64,000 nt of DNA from Owenia fusiformis (taxonomy: Eukaryota): NCBI GenBank assembly GCA_903813345.2, contig CAIIXF020000001.1, forward strand, positions 6,262,001-6,326,000. The letters run 5' to 3'. The notes under the pieces were generated by a model that was given only the letters and a program-made list of their open reading frames with translations, was not told the DNA's origin and did not search any database. Shown piece after piece: positions 27,401-38,881 of the stretch. How positions within the stretch are numbered: position 1 is the stretch's first letter; each line of letters starts with the position of its first letter. Made by a program: the position numbers and the translations under genes.

Positions 27401-28835
27401 TTTACTCCTTGCATTAAAATCTCCATTAATAAAAATAGCTTCTGGGTTAGAGTCAAGTGCCATATTGCATGAGTTTGAGAACCTAGTGCAGAATTCATTT
27501 GCCTCATTTTGAGTTTGCGATGGTGACCTATAATAAATTGCATATAGATATGACTTATAGTTAATGCTCAATTCAATCCATAAGGAGTCACCCTGATCAT
27601 TCATAAGGTCATTTCTAATTTTAAAAGGGATATCATCTTTAACATATATCAATAGGCCTCGATTTTTATTCGAGTATACATGACAATGACCATCTATAGA
27701 ATAATCAGAAGAAACTGTCAAATCAGTTAGATTTCCAACCTCACAAAGTCCAATAATGTCATTTCCATTGATCTGTATTCTATCTTTAAGTGCTTCAAAT
27801 CTGGCATTTACATTTGCACTTATACTGTTTATATTTGAGAATAAAATCTTTGTGAGCTTAAAATGATTTGTAGGTCCTGGATTCTGATGAACATCATTAC
27901 TCAGTAAGAGAATAGCTTGAACAGTATTAGGAATATAACATAAAATAGCACAGAATGGAATGAACAATAAAACTATACTAGCAAACATCTTCATTATGTA
28001 AAATGTACCAAAATGTTTGTGATTGCTATGAATATAGACAATTGTGCCCATGAATGTTAAACCATGGATGACAACTAGAAATGTACTAATGCATCCAAAT
28101 AAAATCTTACAAGAATTCAAAGTGATTTGCCTGCCTGAATCTGCTATGTAGAGCTCAAAACCACATATCAATGTAAGGCAAATGTACAATGGAATCCAAG
28201 AGAGTGAGTTAAAATAGTCGAGTATGCATTTGCTGCCATTTTTGACTTCTCTCTTATTAACTGATATAAAACACTTTCTACTGTTGTGCATTCCAACACT
28301 CATCCTCCAGGCAGTGACACTTATGCCCATTTTAATACTAATTCATAGATGCAATATAAGAAAAGAAACCGTTCTATTTACAAATAAATTATCTGATGTG
28401 TCATGTCTGTTGAACACTTGCTATGTGAAATACTGTTCCCTTGATTCCTTATAGTAGCTTATTGAATATGTAATAAAAGTAGCTAAATACAGTGATAAGA
28501 AAGTAAGGGTTTTCCACCAATTAAGTTGAAAAGTTTCTCCACAAAACAACCTTTATTTTAAAATATTTAGTTAAAATTGATTAAAGTCAAGATATAAAAC
28601 AAATGTAGAAAAGTACAGTTATAGTATTTGACTTTTACTGTAAGTGTTTGGCTCTGAAAACGGCAAACTCAATGTTCTATCTGTTCAAGGGCAAAAACTT
28701 TTGAAAATATGTACAGAGCAACTCATTTCAGGTCACTGTGAGCAGTGTTTCAGTAAAGTGAAATACACCCATTAGCGCTACTGATTGGCGCAATGTAAGG
28801 TCATGACCTTGGATCTATGCCAAAACAGTGTTTAC
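24449..28835 (-). mobile_element. Apparently full-length non-LTR retrotransposon (APE-type, CR1/L2-group-like), single ORF
   Basis: 17-nt poly(A) tail on the minus strand (T17 at 24449-24465), ~170-nt 3'UTR, intact 1231-aa ORF, ~500-nt 5' region. An imperfect candidate TSD (attgaagag 24440-24448, attgagag 28836-28843) sets the 5' boundary only tentatively. Confidence 0.9.
24635..28330 (-). CDS. LINE polyprotein: hydrophobic leader + 2A-like motif + APE endonuclease + reverse transcriptase + C-terminal CCHC motif
   Basis: APE motifs SNINSI, IIGLCE, YYRSP, GDFNA, EPTR, SCIDL, TDH. RT motifs KATGPD, NYRPITLL, QSGF, LDISAAFD, GVPQGSILGPLLFLIYINDL, YADDT, HLG. C-terminal CSCGINSETTSHVIFRC. Confidence 0.95.
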   Translation of the reverse strand: MGISVTAWRMSVGMHNSRKCFISVNKREVKNGSKCILDYFNSLSWIPLYICLTLICGFELYIADSGRQITLNSCKILFGCISTFLVVIHGLTFMGTIVYIHSNHKHFGTFYIMKMFASIVLLFIPFCAILCYIPNTVQAILLLSNDVHQNPGPTNHFKLTKILFSNINSISANVNARFEALKDRIQINGNDIIGLCEVGNLTDLTVSSDYSIDGHCHVYSNKNRGLLIYVKDDIPFKIRNDLMNDQGDSLWIELSINYKSYLYAIYYRSPSQTQNEANEFCTRFSNSCNMALDSNPEAIFINGDFNARSKQWWALDNENFTGKKLFEHIEELGLFQLIDEPTRITNTSRSCIDLLISNSPDIITNAYVSPPIGNTDHCSINTECFLKTLKNRPYSRKIWKYDQADINLINNSVRAADFDHLIDSSNDLDDIVSNFSRGLLAIFTDLIPNSDIEIKPTDKPWFTSDIKTLINKRNKLHRKYRKTHDDKYFKKYTDQCNLVNDAIREAKEAMESRLYYKLSNQRYGSKGYWSIVSRLLGKSKNSKIPLLCDARGNSYTDSHDKANLLLSHFTDKYHINYQEGNETFIPRTDQSFDLLSTNDREVYSILLGLDTNKATGPDMLSNRMLKMAAPSLSPILSKLLNKMFILNKYPQPWKVGHVVAIHKSKDKTDVKNYRPITLLSCISKVAERVIFKRLFDHLIVNNLFYNLQSGFLPGHSTQAQLLSIIDVITNEIENGANVRGIYLDISAAFDSMPHGLLLKKLEMYGFGHNIIELMKSYLSNRQVKVVLDGQESELSEMNHINAGVPQGSILGPLLFLIYINDLPDNLNTKCFIYADDTSLYQSFTAETAADKNNELQEDLNKILLWSNTWKLNFKASKSKDMTFFNPRKREILTPDLSLGNDKLPRVNNHKHLGLILDKNLTFDYHITELVARIDKLINPLKVFSKKISGKHLETIFNSFILPLFDYCDILYGCANLTKLQLLDRLYYKAAIICSGATHGTSATKVLNTLNWPTLSNRRQYHRATFMYRAHNNLLPSYVTEIFEPLKRNQTHELRHQLDYILPVKSKFYERSCISKTISEWNLLSSDIKNSSSLSIFKSSLKSNIFNETVINSSELSISRNQEIIFNRVRCDFIFKAHLYSHNFTNVNSPICSCGINSETTSHVIFRCNLRLTFWTELENQLKNMNIQYSRKYKTQRDKLSLILNGDKTLSRAENLIVLKCSAIFFERCVNV

Positions 28836-29290
28836 ATTGAGAGTGATATATACCCGCACATAAGTTTCACTGTAACATAAATGTATCGTTTGTTTCCAAG
28901 TATATATCTTCTCAGGTCAGATCCCATATAGAAAAAAGATAAATTCTGCACTTATATAATACTATCGAAGTGTAATTAAAACCATTATAATATCATCATA
29001 TTGATATATAACTGTTTCTAAAGAGAGGATGAAGTATTTATGAGTTTTTATCACTGTTCAGCAACATAGAAACATTACAGTAGAAGCATTGATAAATCCG
29101 ATTAGTCAGATACACTGTGTAAGATCTCAATGCAACAACTGGTCTTGAATATAAACTAAAGGGTATTAGTATATATTGTTGAGAATATTCATTGGCACCG
29201 ACATTGAAGAGTTGCGACGTTTACGTCCGCTATTTGTGACAACGATATCTGACTTAACCGTTGTCGGTGTGTTCTGTGATGTGTTACTTA

Positions 29291-30087
29291 CCCTACTATC
29301 ACACCAAACTAGTTCTCACCACGTTCTCAAAAACGGGCTTCAACTGTGTACGAACGGACTGGACCTACTAAGAACCGTTTGGGATCTATTAACAAACTTC
29401 ATCGAACGTACTCGAACTGGTAGGTCCTCTAGAACTTAGACAATGCTCAAAATGTTCTTGTGGTCGTCACGTTCTACAATAAGAACGAGTGACAACGTAC
29501 TAACCACGAGCTGGACGTACTACGAACGGAACCGTCGTACTTCAATCCTACTAGGGACGGTTTAACAACGAGTTGAATTGTCTGAGGACGTGTTGAGAAC
29601 GAGGTAGAACTAATTGCAAACGGGTTTAAACTGATTGAGAACGTATTTAACACTGCTTATGAACGAGTTAGCAAAGATATAGCTATCACACCAAACAAGT
29701 TGCCACTGCGTTCTTCAAAACTGTGTGCGAACGGAATGAACGTAGCTGCAACTTTCTAAGGTCTATTTACGAACTTTATGATCGTTCTCAGACGGGAATG
29801 TGATTTTAGAATTTTGAATCGATTCAAAATTCGATGGCGACCATAACGTTCTGTAATCAGGTCATGTTGACCTTCTAGACTAAGGGACGCGTTCTACTAC
29901 GTTGCACACCGACGTGGTGCGACCTGAACGAACTGCGAACGAGATGGACGTATTGAAGACTGTTTAAGAACGAAGAAGCTAATTATTTCAGACATATTTC
30001 CCGACCGCAGCCAGATTGAGCCCGTTTTACGACGTTTTCGTAGGACTGGCAAGAACGGGTAAGAACGAGTTTGGTGTGATAGGGGGG
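29291..30087. mobile_element. TIR MITE (possibly PIF/Harbinger-like)
   Basis: tta|ccctactatcacaccaaactagttct ... agaacgagtttggtgtgatagggggg|taa. Has an internal copy of the TIR core at ~29682-29700 and many gaacg motifs. Confidence 0.8.
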
Positions 30088-30566
30088 TAAGATAATTATT
30101 TTACAGTTTTAAGCTGATGATATCTTGATGACCCCAAATTATCTATTGTTCACTTTCGTGTAAGTATGAATATGAAATAGAAGCCAGTTACTTATGAAGG
30201 CAGAGACTGCTGTAACTACACTTCCGATAAGGTAGCTATAGTTGGCCAACCTTATCGAATTGGATGAGGCAAGATCCTGATGCAAAGTCAAAGTCATGGA
30301 AACGTTAAAAAGAACCATTATAAATGATGAGCCCTTTACGGGGGAGGTGAACCTTACGGCTCCACACTTGCGGCCAGGTCCACTTCATCTTGTGTCCAAC
30401 ACATGCATGCACATTTCACAAGTCCAGGGCTTAAATCCTTAAACTGTTAAATAACAGACTGCTCTAATAACAAGCAGAGAATCTGTTGTAACATTTGTCT
30501 GCAGTTTCTAAATGCCTCTTATAATATGCTGTTAATTTATTTGACTTCACCTGGGTAGAGTCACAG

Positions 30567-33500
30567 TTACATATACTCATCAGGTGATGGCGGTGAACAT
30601 TTGCAAGGCATGTAAGAAGACTTTTGACATGGCGTGGATTTTGTCTTCTTGACAGAACCTTTTGCATATCTGATCGATTTCTCTTTTAACTTGCGATGAA
30701 GACCCGCAAGTTCCATCTGCATGTTCCCTATCCTATCAAACACTCGGTCCAAGTTGTCCTTTACATCTTCATCTGGAAGTATGGAATACTTAGTTGTACT
30801 GGCAATAATATGATGTTTTTCGCGTTAAATTCCCACCCGAGAGTTATAAGGCTACCGTTATAAGACATTCTAAATCTGATACTCATCATATTTTTCTGTT
30901 TAGAGCCCAGAGAAGAGATCGTAGAAAATGTCAAAATTCTACAATATTCTATGGGTCTATTAAACATATTTTGTAAAACTTTCAACAGTTGACCTGTCTC
31001 CTCTATTTCCTTATTGTGCTTTGATGATCTTTAAATGTTATTTGGTAATCCATTCGAAAAAGTGGTTGCCATCTTCCCATTCCAAATTAATTTGAATTGA
31101 AAAATCAACTCGACAGATTTTTTAAAAACAAAAAAGCTTTACCTTCATATGTCTCATCAAGGCATTTGAACTGATTTTTGTAGATGTAGCGACGAACCAG
31201 ACGCTGCATAACTTCCTAAAACATTGGAGGATTTTCGATTTTACTTTATATTTTGAACCACAAGTTTCATTTTGGCAAGCCATTGCGCTTTGTGTTTTTC
31301 AACTCTTGCAGCTCCATATTATGTTTTGACGCTTAGATGTTTGCATGAAGTTTAAAATTTTATTTTGTCAAAAATGATTTTTTTCTTATTATTTTTAATC
31401 GTTAAAACATTGCATTTGATTCTGTTACCACTGATGCATAAGAAACCCGGATGATGTAACGTAAATGGCTCAATTCATATAGGCCATATAACGGTGTCCC
31501 ATTAGTTTGAATATAATCTCTCGTCCTCTCTAGTGATCTCGGATGGGATAGGCAGGGTTGATTCAACTAACCTCGTAGTGGCTCCTTGGTTCACACTGAA
31601 ACCAATCTATATCGGAGTCTCTCGCCATACGCCGCTGTAACAAACGTTATAAGAACTAAAAAACGGTCTAGTATCCACAGTTTGGCTTATCCATACGAAG
31701 TAGCCGTAAAGACAATCAAATATCTGATCTTGAACATAATTCATCGTAATTGTAATGAACTAAATCAGTCGGATAAAATAGCATAGACGTAGGTTTTATT
31801 CAAAGCGTTGTATATATTTAACGTTGACATACTTTTTTCATATATGCAGATGCCATCTTGTCGATCTCAGTGGTACTATCTCCAAATGCTTTCTTCTTCA
31901 CCCATTGGAACAGGTAGCATAGGTATTTCGGGTTTGGGATCAAGTTCAGTGGGGCAGGGACAGTCATCCCATGCTCAAAATACTGAATCCTAAGTTTGGC
32001 TCGAGCGAATTTCCATTCGACATCTTTGTCCTCCTAAGAAAAAAAGATTTATTTTTAAGACTTTTAGAAAAATAATTATCCCCATCTAGACTTTTAGAAA
32101 CATTATTATCACTCTTTGGGTAAAAAATTAATTAAGTCTGAAGTCTGACTTTGATGAATCAGAGGAGATAACTACTGCAAAAATTGACATTGTTAACACT
32201 GTTAACTACTGTAAAAAATGGCATCTAATTCTTAACACTGTTAACTACTGCAAAAAATGACATTTAATTGTTAACACTGCAAAAATGACATTTAATTGTT
32301 AACATTGTTAGCTACTGCAAAAGCGACATTTAATTGTCAACACTGTTAACTACTGTAAGAAATGACATTTAATTGTTACCACTCTTAACTAATGCAAAAA
32401 ATGACATTTAATTGTTAACACTGATAACTACTGCAAAAATGAAATTTAATTGTTAACACTGACGTATAGCTGGATGTGATGTGGACCTCAATGACATTAC
32501 AAAAGAGAATATTTTAATTTCGCCTAACATCATCAAGTTTGCCGGAACCATTCGGGCTTTATCTGTAATAAATGTCTTAATTGATATTATACTCAATACT
32601 GCGAGTAAGTTCATGACCCGATTGTAAGGCCAATATTATGGGAAACAACTTTCAAACTTGCAACTTACATAGATCTCTTGGAACGAATTATTCATCATTG
32701 CAATCAACATATTCAGAAGAACTACGACGCCTGCCAAAATATAGCTAGCAAATAGAACAGAGCCTACAGTTTCTGTCCATTTACGAAAGTCCTTATCGAG
32801 AAGATTCACATTCTCCATTGCAACTTCCGGTGACGTTTTGTCGCCCATACCAAATGTTGCCCAAAACAAACTTCCAATTGACCGTTGTAATCTGCAAAAG
32901 ATGCGATTGAACACTCAGGTTGTGGACATTTCCGATTTAGGACTTGCACCATGAAGTCGACCCTTTGACTTCAAATTGATTATGCAATGCAAGTATCCAC
33001 TCTTTTAGATTATACGAATGCCCCATATTTGGCCCATGTTATACTAAAGTATATTCAATTTGGCGTAAGAAGTGGACCATAAAGTGGAGTTAAATTTTTC
33101 TCGCCGAGTACGTTTTTACTCACTCGTTGAAATGCGTGTTTTCATCACAGACATATATCTGGTAGAGACTTGTCAGACCACATACAAATGCCATGAACAC
33201 AAGGAAAAATACAAACAGGAAGCGTGTGACATCCTTCATCATCTGACCGAATGAGATCATGAGGGGCCCTAGCTGTTGACTGGCGGGCAAAAGGTGCGCT
33301 AAACGGGTAAAACTTAATACGTTTGCCAGAGCGAAGAACATGTCTGCAAGGTGATGAGGCTGGGGTAGGGGGAAGTTGTGCCTGCTTCTTAGCATCATCG
33401 ATTCTGAAATATACCGAAGATTGGCAGTAACCGTACAGTAACCAGTTATTACAGTTATATGTTTTTGTGCAAAAAATGATTGTCCCAATAGGTCAAACTA

Positions 33501-36500
33501 CCTTAAAAGATGTACCAACCACAAAATCAGCCAGGGTGAAAAATGAGTAAAATGCAGCGTCACCAGTGTCAAGATTTGGCAAATGTATTGTGGTTCAACT
33601 ACAGTCGTTAAGTTGAAACAGATTAATCACTAAAAAGAAGTTCCAATTAACATTTGATGTTATACATGTAAGCTTTGAGAGCGAAAATGAGTTAATTCCG
33701 TGTAATGTCAAAGTTATAGGCCTATAGCGAAACAGCATTTACCGGAGTAGTTCCCACATTTTTCCGTGCGTGAACAATACATCGATTTGTATCTCTCTCC
33801 TTCTTCTGTCTTTTGCCATTGCACCATCTTGATGTACATGACAAGGTGCAGCGAGATTGAGGCAAGGTACAGAAAAAGTAGGCCAGAATCAATCCAATTC
33901 CACCAGTCGTTCATATAGTCCTCAATGCCCATCGTATAGACCTGTTGGCATTCAAAAACTAGTTGAGCTGAAACGGCACAAAGCAAACAAAAATTGTACA
34001 TGATCGATAAACAGTGAAACCGACTAAAACTATTTGAATCCTAAGATGTTCATATTTCGAGGCTTTTGCGTTCACGGAAAACTGGAATTAGAAAAAATAC
34101 CAACACAATCGGCAAAAAAGGTTTATGTGTCCTATCGAAGTTTATGCGTCCTATCGAGTCCTAGCCATGAAGTCCCAAGGGACCTCGTTGACTTTGCCCC
34201 ATGGGGCAGATGATTTTAATTTGCTGCGGCCGCCCCATCGAATCTCGTGGAACTCGATGGGGCTTTATGGCGCAAAATAGTCCCACGGAGTCCCAGTAGG
34301 CAAATCCGCCGTAAGATTCCACGCAATGTTAAGTCTATGGAGGTTTCAGGTTACCCATTTCACTTTTTGGTATATTGAACGAATACCCTAGGAAGGTTTA
34401 TAGAATGTCATTGAGTGTGGTGTTTGTAGTTCAATGTCATGCTTTAAGAGTCAAGCTTAATCAATGGACAGCTCGAGCTCACAGATGTTGAGTCCAAGTC
34501 CGTGTGGATCTTGTACTGTTGTACATACCTATCACCCAAACGATAATACAGACGAACAGGGCCTTTGTAACTTTGTCACAACACAAGTCAGCCGACCATA
34601 AGTGACCCTCGTCTCGGGTTGCCAAGGCGATGATGAGAAACAAAAAGGTCAGGTAGCAGGAAGATGAGCTCATGAACTTGATCAAGGGACTCCTGACGAA
34701 ATCAGCGACCTGAAAGAGCAAGTAGTACAGAGTGATCCAAGAAATATATTCAATAACAATTACAATGGGTTTATTATATAACATTTTCTGACAGTTAAAT
34801 ATCCGCATAGCGTTTATTTTAAGACCTTACAGTAGTCTAGTTAAGAGACATCTTGATCTTACTAGAGCTTATCACATTGTTGTGGTTACAAATATTGTCT
34901 GTAAAGAACACAGAAGCCATTCTGAATGAAATCGATGCAATGTCAAACAGCAACACTGAACAAACATCACTCCCCAGTGAAAAATGAAGAATGGCATTAT
35001 CTTAAGGTGTGAGGCTGAGGCCCAGGAGGTGTGAGGGGTGCAAAGGTTGATACAAACGTCGAATTTGAACTTGAGTACGTAGAACTCACCTTGCTTTTGG
35101 GAGCGATGAAGTAAATTGCCAGAAGGAAGGGAAGGGACAGGGCAAATAGAAACAGCGATAAGATTTTCAGAAATGTGTTTCTGTGCTGTATCCATGCCAC
35201 TGGCTCATACCATAATGTTTCCATTTGGTTTTGGCATATCGGGTTTGCAATGAACTGAAAATCAAATAAAGATTACTTTGAAGATAGTTTGGTAAATAAA
35301 GAGAAGAATCAATATAGAATGGTCCGATTGCAACTTAATAAAGTTTAGCTTTAGTTTACTAGTACTTGAATGTATAAAAGCAGTGCGGAACTCCGATTGT
35401 CCCTGGTACTTTGGAACAGCGTACATGGAATACATTGTTTGTCCTACTTGACTTTGGGGTTCAGAATCCAAATGCCAAATTTCCTTTTAACCAAATCATT
35501 TTTATCATACTTCATATCTCAGGCCTCCTAGACTTCCATCAAGGCGAACATCAGTTCTGACGCCGCGAACATATTCGCGTTGATGGAAGTCTAGGAGACC
35601 TGACATCTGCTCGTTTTCGTGATCGTAGCCTAGCGCAGTCTTTTTACATGTGTGCTTTATAAAACATTCACGCCAAAGCGTAGTACTCGAAGCACTTACT
35701 CTCTTCTGCTCATATTTGATAGCCAGCCTCACCCTCTCAAGCTTTATTTTGTTTTGGCTTGCATCCCCTGTCCCGTTTTCGTTGAGGATGGTCATCACTT
35801 CGTCTTTCGTTCGACACATGTCTAACAGATCTATTGCATACTTCTCACACTGGTCACTCAGATAGAAATATTCTTTCTAAAATAAGAAATAATGGGATCG
35901 GAACGGTTAAAAGGTGCAGAGGTTCACCGTTTTGCATCCGTTTACTAGTATGTAACAAAAGTGAGGAATTACAGTAGGACGACACATTGAAAAAAACCAT
36001 TGTTGTCGATGATTCTTGTGAACTATTCTTTTGCAAACGCTTGGCTTCTCTTAAACATTTGATGCTGACACACGTTTGTGCTAAAGAGTGGCAATTTTGC
36101 CTACATCGTGAAATCATGGGACAAGAAAAATCGGACCTCCAAGGCCAGGTCCGTAGCCAGGATTTGCCAAGGGGGGGTCACTTTTTGAAAAATTCCAAGG
36201 GGGTTCACTTGTGACAATTTTGGTCCAAAAATTATTCAAATGAGGTATAGAGGCTGACAAAGCAAACAACATTATATCATTCAACTATTTACTTTTCAAT
36301 ATCTCAAAAAGATCCGTCCATCCATGGTGGTTATTGCGATTGGTTCTCTAAAAGTCAGGAAAATATGATAAATGTTTGTTTGTGTCGCAATTTCATTTGG
36401 AATCGAGACACTCCCGTAGTAAAAACTAAAAAAAATAGATGACTTGATGGGTGGATGTATAACAAGATAATAATGTGGATGTGGATGTAGATCATTTGAG

Positions 36501-38881
36501 GTAGATAAGCTACACGTAAGCATATTTGCATCTCCAACAGAAAAAATGCAAAAATAAATGGTGGTGAACTGACTCACGATTGATGAAATCAATAATATAC
36601 AGGGTGGGCCAAAAAAAACGCCATTTTTTTCAAAATTATTGATATTAAATCATAATTTGCATACCAAATGAAACTTGAGGTTGTTATCTAGCCATGGATC
36701 ATAAATTATACAGTTTTACTTGAATAAAATATGTCACCAGCGTCTCACTTAAACGTGGTTTTCATGAGAAATAAGCATAATTTGCAAAATGTTCCTGAAC
36801 TGATACGGCCTGATGATCACCAAGGTAGTAGCCCTGATGCAAACCCCAGTGAGTATAGGATATGGGAAGGTCTCCAGGAGATTGTATGAAGGCACCCAAT
36901 CTAGAAAATTGCTCAACTAAAGCTGGGAATTTAGACAGGTTTGAAAAACTTAGCTAACATTTCATTGATACTGCAATATCAGCAAGGCGACTAAATCTAA
37001 AATATATCATCAATTAGGGTGGCGGATCAATTGAACTCCCCTTTTAGATCAAATATAATCCAAGTTGAATGACTTGTTACATTATATTATTGCTAGGAAC
37101 CCTTGGCACTATATAACTACAAAATTTGAGGTATGTAGGTTGGAAAATAAAAAAGTTGTAGTGTCTTGAAAAAAAAGTGGCGTTTTTTGGCCCACCCTGT
37201 ATATAGAGAATGGTGCCCCACAAAATGACGGAAATGTCAACGTATGAACAGTAAGAAGGTATTTTTGACAATGTTTAGGCATGTTTTGCAGCAATTTTCA
37301 TTTCTAAAAGACTAGGTGCGAGTAGAAATAATCTTGATTTACGTCATTAAATATTCAAAATTCAGTCAAAGTTATGTTATATTTGAAATCTACATGTAAA
37401 GGTACATCTAGAAATAAAGTTTTGAAAATTGTTGATCAAGTTTGAAATTTTTTTTATAAAATCACAAAACGTGAAATATGTTTTTTGCATTGGACAGATA
37501 ACATTTTCTTTTACTGGACATACTAGTATTTTACTAGTAATTTGCATAACGATTGGATACAGATGGGTGATATAAAAATTGAACCACTAAAACAGATGGA
37601 TATTTAAGTGAAAGGGAACTTTCTACTGTACCCGCCATGCCACCTGACCCGAACGAGCCACCTGGTGGTGAAACTGGTAATTACCTACTCGCATCTGAGT
37701 TATTGGATGAAATAACCTTTGGTCTATTTACGGATTGCTGATCTACTATTAAAGGTAGAGTCTATGAAACAATGTGAAATGTATCCTCGCCACAATAATT
37801 AATAAGCTTTGTGACATTTTCATCCGGGTAAGCAACTCTATCCTTCAGAATCAGAATCTTTTTGCTTTTCTTAAGTTAATTCAAAGATCTGACGAAGTTA
37901 TCATCTACAAGTTGAGAAATTTCAAGAAAATGATTTTCATATTACTTGAAACTGAAAAAATATATTGGGATTACTTTAAATCTCTTAAACTGCTGAATTA
38001 TTTTTAACGTAATTATACGAGTATATCGTGTTGTGAGTAATGTAAATGCTTAATAAGTAAAAATTGTAAAAGTGTGTAGGAGCTCGATCGTGTAGAAGAT
38101 TCTAATAAAGGAGTAATGCTTTTACCTTGTATTCTTTTTCAATGCCTGCCAAATCTTTCAGGTCGTGTGCAAGTTGAAATGCAGAGAGAATTGGGTCTTT
38201 ACTTCTGGAGAAGCAGAGATATGCTGGACTTGCGAGTCCCATATATCGATTTAATCTTGACCGAGAGTGCATCACTGAGTCAATCTCCCTTTCACTCGTA
38301 CAGCCCTGGCAATCGCAGAAGTATGGACAGGGCTTCTTTATGGACACCCCATGCATCAGCAACAGCTTCACTAGGCAGAAATTGTTTCTCTGCGAAGCTA
38401 ACACAAGTGGGGTGATATCCTGGGAGAAGCGCGGGCTGTTTCTATGCCGAACGCCCTGTATACTCTCAAGATCGAAGTGTTTCATGCGCTGACAGAGCAT
38501 CAGGTCCTGCTTTAGAAGCATTTCCGTCAATCGGGCGTTATCCTTGCTGATCGCCAGCAACATGGCGTCATTGATGCATTGTATGCTAGATTTGGGCAAT
38601 AGGAATTCAACTATATCTATGTATTCCCCTTCAACAGCTATTTCTAAGGCACTTCTACCGAATATGTCCAGCACATTAAGGTTAAAATTAACATCAGCGT
38701 TTACAATTTTCATGATTGTTTGGATGTCGCCTTTTTCAGCCGCTTCAAGAAATTCAGTTTCCTTCGTGTGCATAACTGATTCGCCAAATATGGCAGAAAA
38801 AACGGGTGCTGCAGAACTCGTCTTCATCAGTTGACCTCTCATCTTTTTCGGCGTAGGTTTGTCACTATCCTGGCCAGGCAT
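30567..38881 (-). CDS. TRPC: Short transient receptor potential (canonical TRPC) cation channel, ~828 aa
   Basis: Exons (minus strand) 38881-38126, 35876-35700, 35254-35090, 34709-34529, 33967-33743, 33403-33124, 32891-32669, 32033-31833, 31215-31143, 30772-30567 (2487 nt, in phase). Contains ankyrin repeats ([25 protein letters not shown]), TRP_2 region ([24 protein letters not shown]), S4-S5 linker [12 protein letters not shown], pore LFW, S6 [17 protein letters not shown] box EWKFAR and PAPLNLIP. Subfamily not resolved. Confidence 0.93.
32169..32461. repeat. Intronic minisatellite, ~39-bp unit, ~8 degenerate copies
   Basis: Unit approximately taactactgcaaaaaatgacatttaattgttaacactgt. Confidence 0.9.
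35520..35602. mobile_element. Minimal CAGG-terminal MITE (hAT-like termini); related left end at 20915
   Basis: caggcctcctagacttccatcaa ... ttgatggaagtctaggagacctg. 20915-20955 (caggcctcccagacttccaacaaagtgaacatcagttctga) shares the first ~40 bp. No clean TSD. Confidence 0.65.
36600..37199 (+). mobile_element. Internally deleted Tc1/mariner transposon with decayed transposase C-terminus
   Basis: TA|cagggtgggccaaaaaaaacgcca ... tggcgttttttggcccaccctg|TA. From ~36830 it translates [19 protein letters not shown] ... [23 protein letters not shown], resembling the SPDLNP..W and terminal GG.xE motifs. Confidence 0.88.

Larger units (their letters stand above)
23510..29283. mobile_element. CAC...GTG-terminal TIR element with 5-bp target duplication (Transib/CMC-like), interrupted by a nested LINE
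   Basis: ttact(23505-23509)|cacatgg..gacaac..gtcagataccgttttcacaaatggcgg at the left end; ccgctatttgtgacaacgatatctgac..ccgttgtc..atgtg|ttact(29284-29288) at the right end. The TIR core is shared with 5285-5807. Confidence 0.65.

Noticed and set aside
30761-30985. 74-aa ORF as an additional TRPC exon
   Set aside because: Phase-compatible acceptors upstream run into stops; the in-phase acceptor is at 30773-30774.
32169-32461. CRISPR-like array
   Set aside because: Head-to-tail degenerate units with no unique spacers, inside a spliceosomal intron; it is a minisatellite.
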